A DNA stretch of 64,000 nt from Vicugna vicugna. Its lineage: Eukaryota. This document shows, piece after piece, positions 12,956-25,873 of this stretch. The stretch lies in NCBI GenBank assembly GCA_013265495.1, contig MU061578.1, positions 2,861,308 to 2,925,307 of the forward strand. Direction: 5' to 3'. Within the stretch, counting starts at the first letter, position 1; the number at the start of each line of letters is the position of its first letter. Under the pieces are notes generated by a model that worked only from the letters and a program-made list of their open reading frames with translations, did not search any database and was not told the DNA's origin. The position numbers were made by a program, and so were the translations under genes.

Positions 12956-13532
12956 GTTGTGAATGGCAACCCCTGTGGGGAGTAAAACACAGTGGATATG
13001 TGTTCGTGAATGAATGGTCATTGTCACCATTTATGGGGCTCCTTGAATGTGGAAGGCGGTGTGGGCACACCAGGGCGGCCGGTCGGCGACAAGGTGAGGC
13101 ACAGGTTGGTAAGAGAATTCACCAGAGATAAAACATGAGAATAGAAGGGAGTTTATTAGGGTACGCTGCCATAGGCAACAGCGGGCCACACAGGCAAGAG
13201 GTGCCTGTGTGAGCCCCAACGGCCGGTTACTGGGGTGTTTTACAAGGTCAGGTCACAAGGCGCCTGATAGGCTTGTGCACAGGGCTCTGATTGGCTGTAG
13301 GTGAGGTGAGAGGTTTAGGGTCTGTGAAGAGTGGTGGGGTTTATAACTCTGACAAGGTGGGCTGAAATGAACCAGCCTGAGCTACTGTGAGATTATTACC
13401 TAGGGCTATTAGTTTGTTAGGGGAAACACACCTAGTAAAGAATGTGCTTTATCTGTTGAGGGATCACAGGCAGACATCTGAGAGCCCAGGAATGGGGGTC
13501 ATTGGACTTTGAAGAACGTCTGTTGGTCCAAC
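12956..13532 (-). mobile_element. Probable solo ERV LTR
   Basis: TGTTG...CAACA termini, ~575 bp, with CCAAT and AATAAA on the minus strand. No clear target-site duplication. Confidence 0.5.
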
Positions 13533-14839
13533 AGTAGGTGATTAGAATGAATATTTATGGAGTGTCTCCGGTGTGCCGGGCTCATGAGCTTATATGATGT
13601 CTAATCCGTTTTTGGGCCCCTAGAGGCTGCTCTGAACCTCCAGCTCAGTCCTCGAGTCCCAGAGTGGTCTTCGAAACCTGATTCCAGTGTTTCTGGAACT
13701 GACTCTGACCCTTCCCTTCCCACTTCACTTACCTAGAGAAGATGTATCTCACCCATTTGACAGATGATAAAACCGAGGCCCAGAAATATAAAGTAGCTCC
13801 TCCAAGGTTACACCGATGTTTGGTGTAGTCAGGATTTGAACCATCTGGCTCCAGACACCAGCTGCCCCCTGTGTGACCTTGGGCGGGTGCCTTCACTTCA
13901 GAGGGCCTCTGTCTGCCCATCTGTGTAATGAGCAGGTGGGGCTGGATGACTTCAGGGGCACCTTCTAGTGCCCTTGGCCACTGCCCTCAGCACCTATGTC
14001 TGTGTTAAACTCCTGAGTAAATGGAGGGAGGCTGGATATGTCCTCCCATCGTGTCACTTTGATCTGCCTCCCTGGTCCCTTCCCTTCTCTAAGGTGGGCA
14101 GGGGCATCTCAGCTTTCTTGGCTCAGCCAGGAGACTTTCGTGTCCGTGGCTGGGACAGGACTGAGAAGAGGCTGAGAGGGAAGGGCTGGATCTGGGCCTT
14201 CGTCAGCCAGGCTGGCGGTCCCCAGGGGCCTCTTCTGGCTGTCTTGGTGCGGCTCGCTAGCGAGGTGAAAAGCTGGACCGGCCCAGCCAGTTCCCGGCCC
14301 TCTTGGGATCTGCGCCCCCTCCCTGCTGGTGCCCGACCTGCCCGCATTCCTGTGCTCCTGGCACAGGGCTCTGCAGCTCTCAAGGGGACACAGGTCCGCT
14401 CCTGTGGCCAGCTGGATGGGGGTGGGGAATGCAGGACCCTTTGGGGCCTCTCATTCAGGACTCCAAACCCAAAAGGCAGAAGTGCTGAGACTGTGCTCCA
14501 CAGGCCTGGATTGGAATCCCAGCTCCACCCCGCTTTCTGGCAGTGGGACCGGGGCCAAGTTATCTAGTTGCTCCGTGCCTCTGTTTCCCCATCTGTAAAG
14601 TGGGAGAGCAGTGCTACTTCACGGGGTGTTAGGATTAAAGGAGCTAATCTTTCTGTGATTTGCTTGGCACCAGCCGGGCACATGGTCAACCCTCTGATGA
14701 GTGTTAACCAGCATCTTCCAGGCTGTTGGGCATAAGGTGGAGCTTTCCCAGCCTCCACGGAAAACAGGATAAAAGGCGGGACCCATTCAAGGGGGTGGGG
14801 GAAGAAGGAAACCCCTATCACTTTTAAATGGCACTTGCC

Positions 14840-15570
14840 AATGTTTTTGGTAACAGCTTTGAGATATAACTCACATACCATAGAGTTCACTCATTTAAAG
14901 TGTACAATTCAATGTTTTTTAGTATATTCACTGAATTATCAACCATCACTATAATCAGTTTTAGAGCATTTCATCACCTTAGGAAGAAACCCACACCCTT
15001 TAGCACTCACTCCCCACCTAATCCCCAACCCTACCCCAGCCCCTGGCCACCACGAGTCTACTTTCTGCTTCTATGAATTTGCCTATTCTAGACATTTCAT
15101 ACAAGTGGAATCATTCAATATGTGACCTTTTGTGTCTGGCTTCTTTCACTTAGCATTTGTGGTTTCAGGGTTTCCCCATACTGTAGTGTGTATCAGCATT
15201 GCATTCATTTTTTGGCAGAATTGTATCCCATTCTGTGCATGGTCCACATTGTATCTATTCATCAGTTGAACATGTTGTTTCCACTTTCTGTCTCTTGTAA
15301 GTAGTCCTGCTGTGAACATTTGTGTACAAGTCTTTGTGTGGACCTGTGTTTTCATCTCTCCTGGGCAGATGTCAAGTAGAATTGCTGGGTCGTGGGCACC
15401 TTGATGTTTACCAACTTTAAGACTGTTTTCCGAAGCGGCTGTACCGTTTTACAGTCCAGTCAGCAGTGTGTGCGAGTTCTGATTTCTCCACATCCTTGCC
15501 AACAATTGTTATTGTCTATTTGATTATTGCCATCCTAGTGGGTGAGCGATGGTATCCCATTGGGGTTTGG
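14840..15570 (-). mobile_element. Old L1M(B-like) 3' end
   Basis: CAGCTTTGAGATATAACTCACATACCAT...AAAGTGTACAATTC and ORF2-end motifs (VHTKTCTQMFTA). Confidence 0.75.
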
Positions 15571-18429
15571 GGCATGTGGCCTTTAAGTGAATCTGTTGAG
15601 CACCTGTGGTGGGGTGGCAGCCCAGCAGGACTGTCACGTGGTGTTGTTAACCAGCCTGGTCTCTGGGGCCTGCCTGGGTTAGAATTCTGGCACTGACATT
15701 TAAATGCTGTGTGACTTTGGGAAAGTTACTGAACCTCTCTGGTCCTCCATTTTCACATCAGTAAAGTGGAGATAATATTATGATCACCCACTTGGCCACC
15801 ACCTACCTGAGGTGGTAATGAAGATTAAGAAGTGAGCAGGGAGCCTGGCTGTAGAAAGTAAATGTGAGCTCATACTACTGTGGTGATGGTGGTGGTTGCT
15901 GTTTGTTGGCTCTTCTCAGCACCCCTATGAGTAGCTGTAGCCCAGTGTTTGATCATGTGGCCTCTGGAACAAGACTGTCTGAGGAGACGATCCTGGCTCC
16001 CATTCATAAGCTGTGTGACCCTGGGCAGGTGCCTTGTCATCTCTGAACCTTACTTGCCTCGTCTGTAAAGGGGCAGACAAACCTCCCCCAGGGGCTTATA
16101 GTGAGGATGCTGTCAAAGTAATGCCCATGAATGTGTCTGTTGTCTGGTTAGGTGTGTGCAATATGTGTCAAATTACCATGATGACTCTGCTGTCGCTCTC
16201 AGGTGACAGATAGACTGAGGCATCTTGAGGGTAAGGTGCTTGCCTGGGATGGTCCAAGCAGTAAGTGGCCTAACAGGACTTGGAACCAATGCCTGTCTGA
16301 CCATAAGCTCTTGCTGAGCTGTCCTTTGTTCTCCAGCAGGACTACCAGGTCCCTGGGGCTGGCTGTCCCCTCACCCCGGGTCCCTTCTGGTGCTGGGCTT
16401 CAGCTAGAATAACGGGCGGGCCAGGGAGGGATCCAGAAGGTGCTTTCTCAAACCTGCCCCACCCAGCTGGTTTGGGCACTGGCCTTGCCCTGAGGTGGAG
16501 CCGGTATGAGCTCCAGAGGAGCAAAGTCCCCCACCTGACCCACCCTGCAGGTTCCCAGTCGTGGCCCAAACCATCATGGGTTAAATTTTTTGGTTGAGAC
16601 TCACCACGTCTGACTGGTGAGGCCAGGCTGATGGTGAGTGGCTGGGGTAGGGCTGAGGGGCAGAAGTGCTCACTGTCCCCATGGGGTCTGCTCAGCCTGG
16701 GATGCAGGTGATGGGGGTCGGCCCATGACCTGGCAGCCTTACCTCGCCTCACTCAGATCGTCCATCAACAACGTCCTTTTCTGAGCCTTCCTGGACACTC
16801 ACTAAATACCAGCTTTCTCCACTGCAGGACTTCTCAGAGCCTTTATTGGCTCATGAATGTATTGCGGGGTTGGGTTTTCCTAACCACCTTGACTGACAAA
16901 GCCTTCATTTCAGGGGTAATTTATAGGACTGGGGTTCCTGGGACCCCACTTTGAGAAAGACTCCCTCTTTGGTTGACTTTGCAGAGGGTGTGTCCTGGGT
17001 CTTGTTCCCTAAGACTCCCCTCCTTCCCACTTCCCCTCCCCGAGTTCCTGTGTGTCCAGGTCTGGCACAGAGCAGACCCTCAGGCAAGTTTTGGGACATG
17101 GCTGGACAGACTCACAGCTTCTGTGTGCTGGCCTGTTTCAGCACACCTCTCTGACTCCCCCCGACTCCAGTATACCTGCAGTGTTGGCGCTGAAACCCTG
17201 GAGGGTAGCAGGGTCCCCTGGGGAGCCTGTAAAAATAACAGCAATAATGATACAGCTTCTTGGGTCCTGCCCTGGAGATCCAGATTCAGAGGGTCTGGGT
17301 TAGGGCTCGGGAATCTTAATGTTTCATGTCACAGTAGGTGCGTCCCAGGCCTTGATTTGAGGAATTCCACTCTGAAGAGCTGGTAGCCCCCTCTGCTTGA
17401 GGGTCAAGAGCCCTGCCCTGGCCACACCCCAAGGGACATGTCTAGGACCTGCCTCTTTTGTGGCCTTTCCTCACTGGAGCCTTCTGCCCACAAACCCTAG
17501 ACTCCTCTTCATCCTTCAGATCCCAGCCACCACCACCTCCTCCAGGAAGCCTTCCTTGACCACCCTCGTCCCCACCCAGCCAGTCAGGAGGCTCCCTTTG
17601 TCATGCCTGCCTCAGTCTCATGACTATTTCTGTAAATGCTGGTTTCCTCCGAGTCTGGGGGTAAACTCTCAGAGGGCAAGGCTGTATCTGTGTGCAGTAC
17701 TGGGCCAGGCACACACTAAGTACTTGAGAGTGGGTGGAATGAAACTTTTGGGCTCTTAGCTGCTCAGGTCCCACTGTGGAGTTGGTATACAAGGATCTTT
17801 GATGGAGACAGGGGACTGACTGCTAATCTTGATTATCGCTGGCTGGCTGTATGACATTGGCCAAGTTGCTTTTCCTCTCTGGTCTTTGTTTCTTCCTTTG
17901 TTTAAAGAAAAGAACAAAGTTGGCGTTGGACAATGATCAGAAAGTCTCTGTAACAACTCTAATCATGAACTTTTGTGAGACTTACCGGGTGCCCAACTCT
18001 TTGCCTGCATAACCTCACTCTCATTCCTAACACCCCACTGGGAGAGGTGCAATTATTCCGTCTGATAGCAGGAAGCAGAGGCACAGAGAGGGACAGCAGC
18101 TTGGCCAAGTCACACAGCCAGAACCCACATCTGGTTCCAGAGCCAAGGTCTTCACTCCCAACTTGCCAGAGTTGTCTGTGATGTGATATCGGGGTGGGGG
18201 GGTGCTGACAGATGTAACGGGAGAGAACACGGACTCTCCCGTGTTCTGAACATGTGATTGAGAAAGCTGTTCTGATTTCAGGTCTCTCTCAGAGGCTCTG
18301 AGAACACACAGGAGGTCTTAACTTGGTGCTAGCTCTGCTCGAACTTGGCTGCGCAACACGCCAATCTATGCTTTTAAGCAGGAGAGGGTAGGTCTCAGTT
18401 TCAATGTTTGCAGGTGGCCTAGTGTCCAG

Positions 18430-19190
18430 CTAGAATTTCATGCTGTCATTTGATTTCCAGCCTAGATGCTGAGATTCTGCATTGGCAAAGCCCAAGCCCA
18501 GGCTGTCTGAAGGAGGCAGAACTGCTTTCAGCTGCACGCAGGGCCAGGCCCAGGTGGAACCACCATGCAGTGTTTCAGAGAGGTGGGCTCAGCGTCGCCC
18601 TGCAGTCAGTTGGAAATGTGCAGGTCAGGCCTTGCTCACACTTCACTGGAGACCATGCCCCCTGCTAGCGCACCTGCTGAGTCCACTCAACTTTGGAAAT
18701 TCAAACTGAAAGAAAGCCAACCATCCATAACTTCTTTAAAATAGTTAAGGAACCATTCACTGCTGATCACATGGAATGCAGTGAATGAGGCTGCAAACCT
18801 TGTCTTATACCACATTCCCTCAAACGTTTTTAGAGACAAATTTGACACACAAAACTCCATAAAATATAGAAGAAAACATAGAAGAAAGTCAACATAATCT
18901 CGGATTTGGTCACGTAGAACCTAAGCTTTGAGTTTCAACACACGACACAAAAAGGCAATCTACAAAGGAAAATAAGCAATACTATGGACTTTATCAAATG
19001 AAATGTTTCTACTCTGTGAGAGATGTTGTTCAGGACATTGGAATACAAGTACACACTAGGAGTAAAATTATTTGCAAGCACATGTCTCAGAAAGATTTTG
19101 TCTCAAAATATGCAAAGAACTCTAATGCAAACAACCCTATTCCAAATAGGGAAAGATCTGAATGGACACCTGGCCAGAGAAGATGCAGAT
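18430..19190 (+). repeat. Diverged duplicate unit A (CTCF-like motif pair followed by L1 ORF2 remnant)
   Basis: Co-linear with ~20790-21600. Shared anchors include GCCCCCTGCT, GGAAATTCAAACTGAAA, AAAATAGTTAAGGAAC, AGACAAATTTGA and AGCTTTGAGTTT. Confidence 0.75.
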
Positions 19191-19974
19191 ACCATACCAC
19201 ATTATGCCCAGGATGGGGGAGGGAGGGGCCAGAAACACAATGTCCAGCTCAACTCCTGAGTTCTGTGTGACCCTGGTCTAGTTCTATATGGAAATAGTAG
19301 TACACAAAGCTAGGGCAAACATGTTCAATGTTAAAGACAGAAGGATTTAATTCTTGAGTCAGGAGCAAAGCCTGAAACCTGGCCTTCACCGCTGTTACAG
19401 TATACTGGAAGTTCTACCCAGTTTTGAGAAAAAAAGCCATACGTGTGTAAATGGAAAAAAAGAAAACTGTGTCTATTCAGGGAACTCAGATCACATCCTC
19501 TCATATATAAAACTTACTATAATCAACACAAAAATATTTAAGCTAATCAACTAATTCAGCAAAGTTACATATTCATAATAGTCTATCTTTTTTGTATACA
19601 CTCACAATAAATAATCTGAAAAATAATTCATGAAACCACTTCCATTTCCAATAACATCAATATTTCTATCCAGGAATATATTTCATCAACATACAAGACT
19701 TGTTTTTATGGAGGTAAAGTTGTCTGTACGTTTGAAATTACTGGAAAGTAAATTACTTTTCAAGACACCATGTCAATACCATGCCAGAAATGCTAAGAAA
19801 ACAGCAGATTTCCACACAGAAGCCAAGCCTTACCCGGATCCAGTTCACCCAAGCTCCACACAATTTAGAGGCACTGTGGAAAGGCTTTATGAGGATCCAC
19901 TCTCTTCTGTGCTGTGGATGACCTGGGTGTGGTAGAAACAGTGGTATTTTTTTTAATTCCAATTTTTCACATCA

Positions 19975-20640
19975 TTCTACCACAAACCAATTAGAAATAA
20001 TAAATGAATTCAGAAGTTTCAAAATCAATACACAGAAATCATCTGCATTTCTAAACACTAATAATGAACCATCAGAAAGAGAAAGAAAACAGTCCTATTT
20101 ATAATTGCATCAAAACGAACAAAATACCTAGGAGTAAATTTAACCAAGGCCATGAAAGCCCTGCACGCTGAATACTTTGAAACATTGATGAAGAAATTGA
20201 AAAAGACACAAATAAATGGAAAGATACCCCGAACTCATGGATGGAAGAATTAATTTTGTTAAAATGTCCATTCTACCCTAAGGACTGTATAAACAGTGAA
20301 TACAATCCCTATCAAAATCCCAATGGCATTTTTCACAGAAATAGAGCGAATCACCCTAATATTTGTGTGGAACCACAAAGGACCCCGAATAGCCAAAGTG
20401 GCCTAAGAAAGAACAGGCTGGAGGCATCTCCTGACTTCACACTACAATACGAAGCTACGGTCACCAAAACAGTGTGGAACTGGGATGAAAACAGGCACGT
20501 GGAGCAGAGGAACAGAACACAGAGCCCAGAAATAAACCTACACCTATGTGGCCGGAACACCCCAAGGGGAAGGACAGCGCCCTCAGCAGGCAGTGCTGGG
20601 AAAAGAGGACACCACATGCCACGTGCTGTCTACACCAGAC
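19975..20640 (+). mobile_element. L1 ORF2 fragment
   Basis: AAAATACCTAGGAGTAAATTTAACCAAG and peptide [24 protein letters not shown]. Confidence 0.8.
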
Positions 20641-20789
20641 ACAAAACAGATAAAACCCCAGTTTTCCACACCCCAAGCCCACCTGGGTCGTCTGAAGATG
20701 GACTCACCCGACCCCCCAGCAGTCAGCTGCACACAGGGAGCTTCTCCCCACTTGTCCTCAGCTTTTCCTCCTGGAAGCACCGGGGTCAT

Positions 20790-21600
20790 CAGGAAATCCA
20801 GCTTCTGTCAGCATGGACGCAGCCCCGCCTTGTCCTGAAGCCACAGCCCCAGAATCCTAAGGAGACTGAGCTCCTGTTGCATAGACGCTGACCTGCAGTT
20901 TTTCCCCAGAGCGCAGCCCTGGTGGGGCCTGAGGAGAGACAGCTCCTCAGCACAGAGCCAAGTCCATGGTGGAAGCCACATGGGTAAGAGGTGCAGGCTC
21001 AGCGCCACCCTGTGGTCAGTGCAGAGAGAGCAGGGCCAAGTTCACAGTCCAGTGGAGACATTGCCCCCTGCTGGCAGAAGTGCTGAATCCATTAAACTGG
21101 AAATTCAAACTGAAATGGAGACAATGTCCCTTAACGTCTCCAAAAATAGTTAAGGAACAATTAATGGGAGACCGTATGGAATGAAGTGAGTGTAGCCATA
21201 AGCCTTATGACTTATACCGAACTCACTCAAAATTATCGATAGACAAATTTGAAATGCAGAACTATTGAAATTATAGAGGTAAACATGGAAGAACATTTAC
21301 ATGACCTTGGGTTCAGTCATGTAGATCATGAGCTTTGAGTTTTATCACACAACACAGAAAGCCAACTTACAACAGAAAAACAAGGAATGTAACAGACTTT
21401 ACAAAATTAAAGATTTCTACTCTAGGAAAGACGTTATTCAAAAAACCAAAAGACAAGCCACAAACTGAGAGAAAAATATTTGTGAAGCACATATCTGATA
21501 AAGGATTTGGACTCAAAATATACAAAGAACTCTAAAACAACCCTATAAAAGTGGGTAAAGATCTGAACAGGTGCCTAGCCAAAGAAGACGTACAGATACG
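20790..21600 (+). repeat. Diverged duplicate unit B (CTCF-like motif pair followed by L1 ORF2 remnant)
   Basis: Paralogous to 18430-19190. Motifs GCGCCACCCTGTGG (21002-21015) and TTGCCCCCTGCTGG (21061-21074). Confidence 0.75.
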
Positions 21601-23720
21601 CTCAGCATCCTGCACTATTAAGGAATTACAGATTAAAATCATGAGCTATCACAGCACACCTATTAGAACTGCTAAACTCCAAAAATATGAAAATACCAGT
21701 TGCTGGTGGTGAGGAACAAGAACTCTCCTTCATTGCTGGTGGAATGCACGTACAGCCACTTCATAAGACAGGTGGGCGGTTTCCCCCAAAGCTAAACAAG
21801 TCTCACCTTGGGATCCAACAATCTTGCTTCCAGCAAATGCTTTGAAAACTTATGTCCAAATGCAAACAAGGCTGTAATTATGCATAGCAGCTTTACTCAC
21901 AGTGGGTAAAAACTTGAAGAGATCAGGATGTCCTTTAATAGATGAATGCATAAGCAAACTGGGGTACATCCATGTCAAGGGGACCAGAATATGGATTAAG
22001 GAGTGTCATAGGATGGACTATGCAATGTGACACAGAATCTAACTGTATTAGAAATGTGTGGGGAAAAAAAGAAATGTATGGAAAAAACTCGATGGTGGAG
22101 CAAAAAATGCTGACTTAAATTAACTTTGGAAATGAATAAAATCTGTATTGAATTAAGTTTTGTTAATTAGCAGTTGTAACAGGAACTTTCATTCACTGCT
22201 GGTGGGGTGCCTAATGGGACAGCCATTGAACATCTTTTCGTGTGTTTACTGGCATTGGACTTGGCAATGATTTCTTGGGTATGGCACCAAAAACACAGGC
22301 AATAAAACAAAAATATAAATAAATTAGACTTCATCAAAATTTAAACTTTTGTGCTTCAAAGGACACTATCAAGAAAGTAAAAAGACAACGTACAGAATGG
22401 GAGAAAATATTTGCAAATTGTATGTCTGATAAGAGGTCTTGTCTCCAGAATATATAAAGCGCTCTTACAACTCAGCAACAAAAAGGTAAATAAACCAAAT
22501 TTAAAATGGACAAAGGACTTGAGCAGACTTTCCTCCAAAGAAGATACACAAATCACACAACATTACTACCCGTCAGGGACCTGCAGATCAAAATCACAGG
22601 GAGGGGTCATTTCGCATCTGTTAGAATAGCTGTTATCAAAAAAATGGACATAACAAGTTGGCAAAGATATGGAGAAATTGGAACCCTAGTATATTACTGA
22701 TGGAAATGTGAAATGTTGCAGCCACTTTGGAAGACAGTTTGACAGATCCTCAAAAAGATAAACATAGAATTAACTTATAATCTACAAAGGCCACCCCTAG
22801 GAATATACACAAAAGAACTGAAAACAGATATTCAAACAAAAAGTTGTACAGGAATGTTCAGAGCAGCACTGTTCTCAAGAGTGAAAAGGATTTGCAGCAA
22901 CATGGATGCTCCTGGAGAATGTCATTCTAAGTGAAGTAAGCCAGAAAGAAAAAAAAATACCATATGAAATCGCGCATATGTGGAATCTTAAAAAAAAAAA
23001 GCATAAATACAAAACAGAGATAGACTCATAGACATAGAATACAAACTTGTGGTTGCCAAATGGGCGGGGGATGGGAAGGGATAGACTGGGATTTCAAAAT
23101 TGTAGAATAGATAAGATAATATACTGTATAGCACAGGGAAACATACACAAGATCTTATGGTAGCTCACAGAGAAAAAACTGACAATGAATATATATATGT
23201 TCGTGTATAACTGAAAAATTGTGCTCTACACTGGAATTTGACACAACATTGTAAAATGATTATAAATCAATAAAAATGTTAAAAAGAAGAACGAGTGAAA
23301 AGGTGGAAATAACCCAAACATCCACCTCAAGATGAATGGATAAACAGAACGTAGTCCATCCACACACTGGGGTAATAATTCAGCCACAAAAAAGAACTGA
23401 GGCACTGACACTACAATGTGGATGAGCCTCAAAAACACTACGTTAAGAGAAAAAAAATGAACACGGTAGGCCACGTACTGTGTGATTCCACTTCTATCAA
23501 ACGTCCACAAGTGGTAAATCCAGAGACAGAAAGCAGACCAGTGGTCACCGAGGACAGAGGGAGGGTGGGAGGGGCAGGGTCTCCTTCTGGAGACTGAGGA
23601 TGTCTTGGAACTAGACAGAGGTGCTGGTTTCAAATGTCATTCACATACTAAATGTCACCAAATCATACAATTCAGATATAGTTAATTTTGTATTATGTGA
23701 ATCTGACCTCATTGAAAACC
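21600..23720 (+). mobile_element. Cluster of old L1 fragments with a nested younger L1 3' end (22890-23303)
   Basis: L1 ORF2 and 3'UTR motifs. The nested insert is flanked by target-site duplication GAGTGAAAAGG at 22879-22889 and 23293-23303. Confidence 0.8.
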
Positions 23721-24875
23721 AAAGAAAAAGAAAGCATGCCCTGACTGGGGTGAGTTCCCGTCCCTCACCCTCCCTCACCCTGGCCCTAAGGCCTCCCTCC
23801 AGCCAGCCGCTGCCTGGGGCCTGGCCAGCCACACGGTCCACTCCATTCCTCTCCACCAGCAGCTCCCTAAGTCGACCCCCAGGCCCCTTCTCTCTGACTT
23901 CTTCCTCGATGCCCAGCAATGAGCAGCCCCCTCACCAGGACTCACAGGGTCTTTCGAACCTTGCTCTGCCTTAAACCAGATCTCAGCGCACGGTTTCCAA
24001 GGGTTGCCCCATCTGATTAGGGGGAAGTTAGCGTCTTCCGAGCAGCGCGGTGTGCAGGCTTCTGGCCTAGAGGAACTCACAGACACTTGAGGAGGTCCCG
24101 CGTACTGAGGGGCAGCATGGTCACCCACAGTCACACAGCCTCTAAGTGGCGTCACACTCAGATGCCCCCAGGACAAAGTGTGTGAATCAAGTGAACAGGG
24201 TCCCTGGCCACACAGAAGAGGTGTCCCAGCTGTCTGATCCCACAGGGGATGCAGGCCCCACATGAAGAGATAGGAGGCAGATGCTGTTATAAATACACAA
24301 GCCAGGGGCTCCCAGGCGCGGCTCCAGGAAGTGGACCCACGCTTAGTATTTTTACACTTGGTTAGAGCTGAGGATGCCTGTGCCTCACTTCCGTCCACAC
24401 CCCCCCACTCTCTGGGTACTAAAGATACATTCTGGGTCCTACTCGTCCTTGCTGACCAGGACCCGGCTCTGCTGAGGCTCCCCACCAAACCTCAGGGCTC
24501 CGCAGCCACGCAGAGGGGAGGGGATGCCTATTTGAGCCAGAAGAGACCATTGCCTTTGGGGGCCTGGGGCTGTAAGTCCCATTCTGCCCAGGCCACAGGG
24601 GACCCTGGAGCCCCTCCAAAGAAGTACCCTCTCTGGCTCAGCACCCAGAGAGAGAGAGGCCTCCATTGCATCCTGTCTTCCAAGTGTCATCACCTCCAAC
24701 CCCAGAACAAGCTCATGCCAGCCCTCACTGGGCGGTGACCCCCATACCAGGCTCAAGTCCAGCAGCCAGAGGGAGAGGACCTTCTGCCTGGGGCCCTCAG
24801 CAAGGGTGATGGGGTTGCCATGGGAGGGGCCACAGTCCCTTGGGCTAGCCAGAAGGGCTGGCAGAGGCAGGGACA

Positions 24876-25183
24876 CTGTTGAGTTGAACTGTGCTCCCCA
24901 GAAATTCATATGCTGAGGTCTAAACCCTTAGTCCACGTGCAAATGACCTTACATGGAAACAGGGTCTTTGCAGATGATCAAGTCAAGATAAAGTAAGTCA
25001 TCAGGTCAGCCCCCATCTACTATGATTGTGTTTCTATAAAAAGGAGGGATACACACACACACACACACACACGCAGAAGACGCCTTGTCAGGACTGGAGC
25101 AGTGCAGAGGTGACAAATTTCTATTGTTCTCAGCCAGCTAGTTTGTGGTTACGTTGTTATGGCCGCCACAGGAGACAGATACA
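24876..25183 (+). mobile_element. MaLR (MLT1-like) LTR remnant
   Basis: TGTTGAGTTGAACTGTGCTCCCCAGAAATTCATATG...GGAAACAGGGTCTTTGCAGATG...TTTGTGGTTACGTTGTTATGGC...GATACA. Contains a (CA)n tract at ~25051-25072. Confidence 0.7.
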
Positions 25184-25873
25184 GGCGCCCTCTGCTCTGT
25201 CCCTCTTCTATCCAGACCATGGGGTGCTGGATGGCGGCAGGGCCCTTCACTGAACAAGGCCACTGCTGGGTGGTCACTTCTGGCCCTGACTGGGAGCTCT
25301 GGCCACAGCTCTCAGCCTCCTGGGACCCACGGGAGGATGAGGACAAGGAGGAGCAGGGGGCCTCCCCTCCTGCTATTCCTGGAGCCGAGAAAACCCAGGA
25401 ATAGCCAGACACTGTCCCCCCCACAACACGTCCTCCAAGGCCCTCCCCTAGCCATTAATCTGGAACATCTCAGTAGGGGAGGTACCTCAGGAAGATACAG
25501 AGAGATGACACTTGGTCTGGTCACAGCATGCCACCTGTGTCCACTGGCCCAGGCTGGCCCTTTAAGGAGGGAATGGAAGAACAGGCTGTGGCACAGACAC
25601 CCATCTTCTCAGAGGGGCCTGGGGTTAAGCCAGGAAATAAGGAGGGAAGTGGTGGGCAGGGGGCCTGGTTGGCAGGATGCTGAGAGCAGAGCCCCACGCG
25701 CGGAGAGGCAGAGAGGGGAGAGCCCTTCTTCCTCCATCCAGACCGGATGTGTGACCACTGTGTAGGTGGCCCCCGACCAGAGGTCCAGTGCCAGTCCAGG
25801 GTCAGCTCCGGCGACTTCAGTCCGTGTTCCTGCTGCAGCGCTGTGGGGACTGTCTGCCAAGGGGAGGAGGGCC

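Noticed and set aside
650..18160. Numerous short similar motifs (GAAACTGAGGC, CTGTGTGACCTTGG, CCTCAGTTTCC)
   Set aside because: Ordinary MIR SINE relics, with a few MER5-like fragments. Not a novel repeat array.
19830..19925. Exon-like minus-strand segment (CCCAG|GTCATCC...ATCCGG|GTAAGG) between L1 fragments
   Set aside because: No recognisable peptide and no partner exons. Splice-like sites alone are insufficient evidence.
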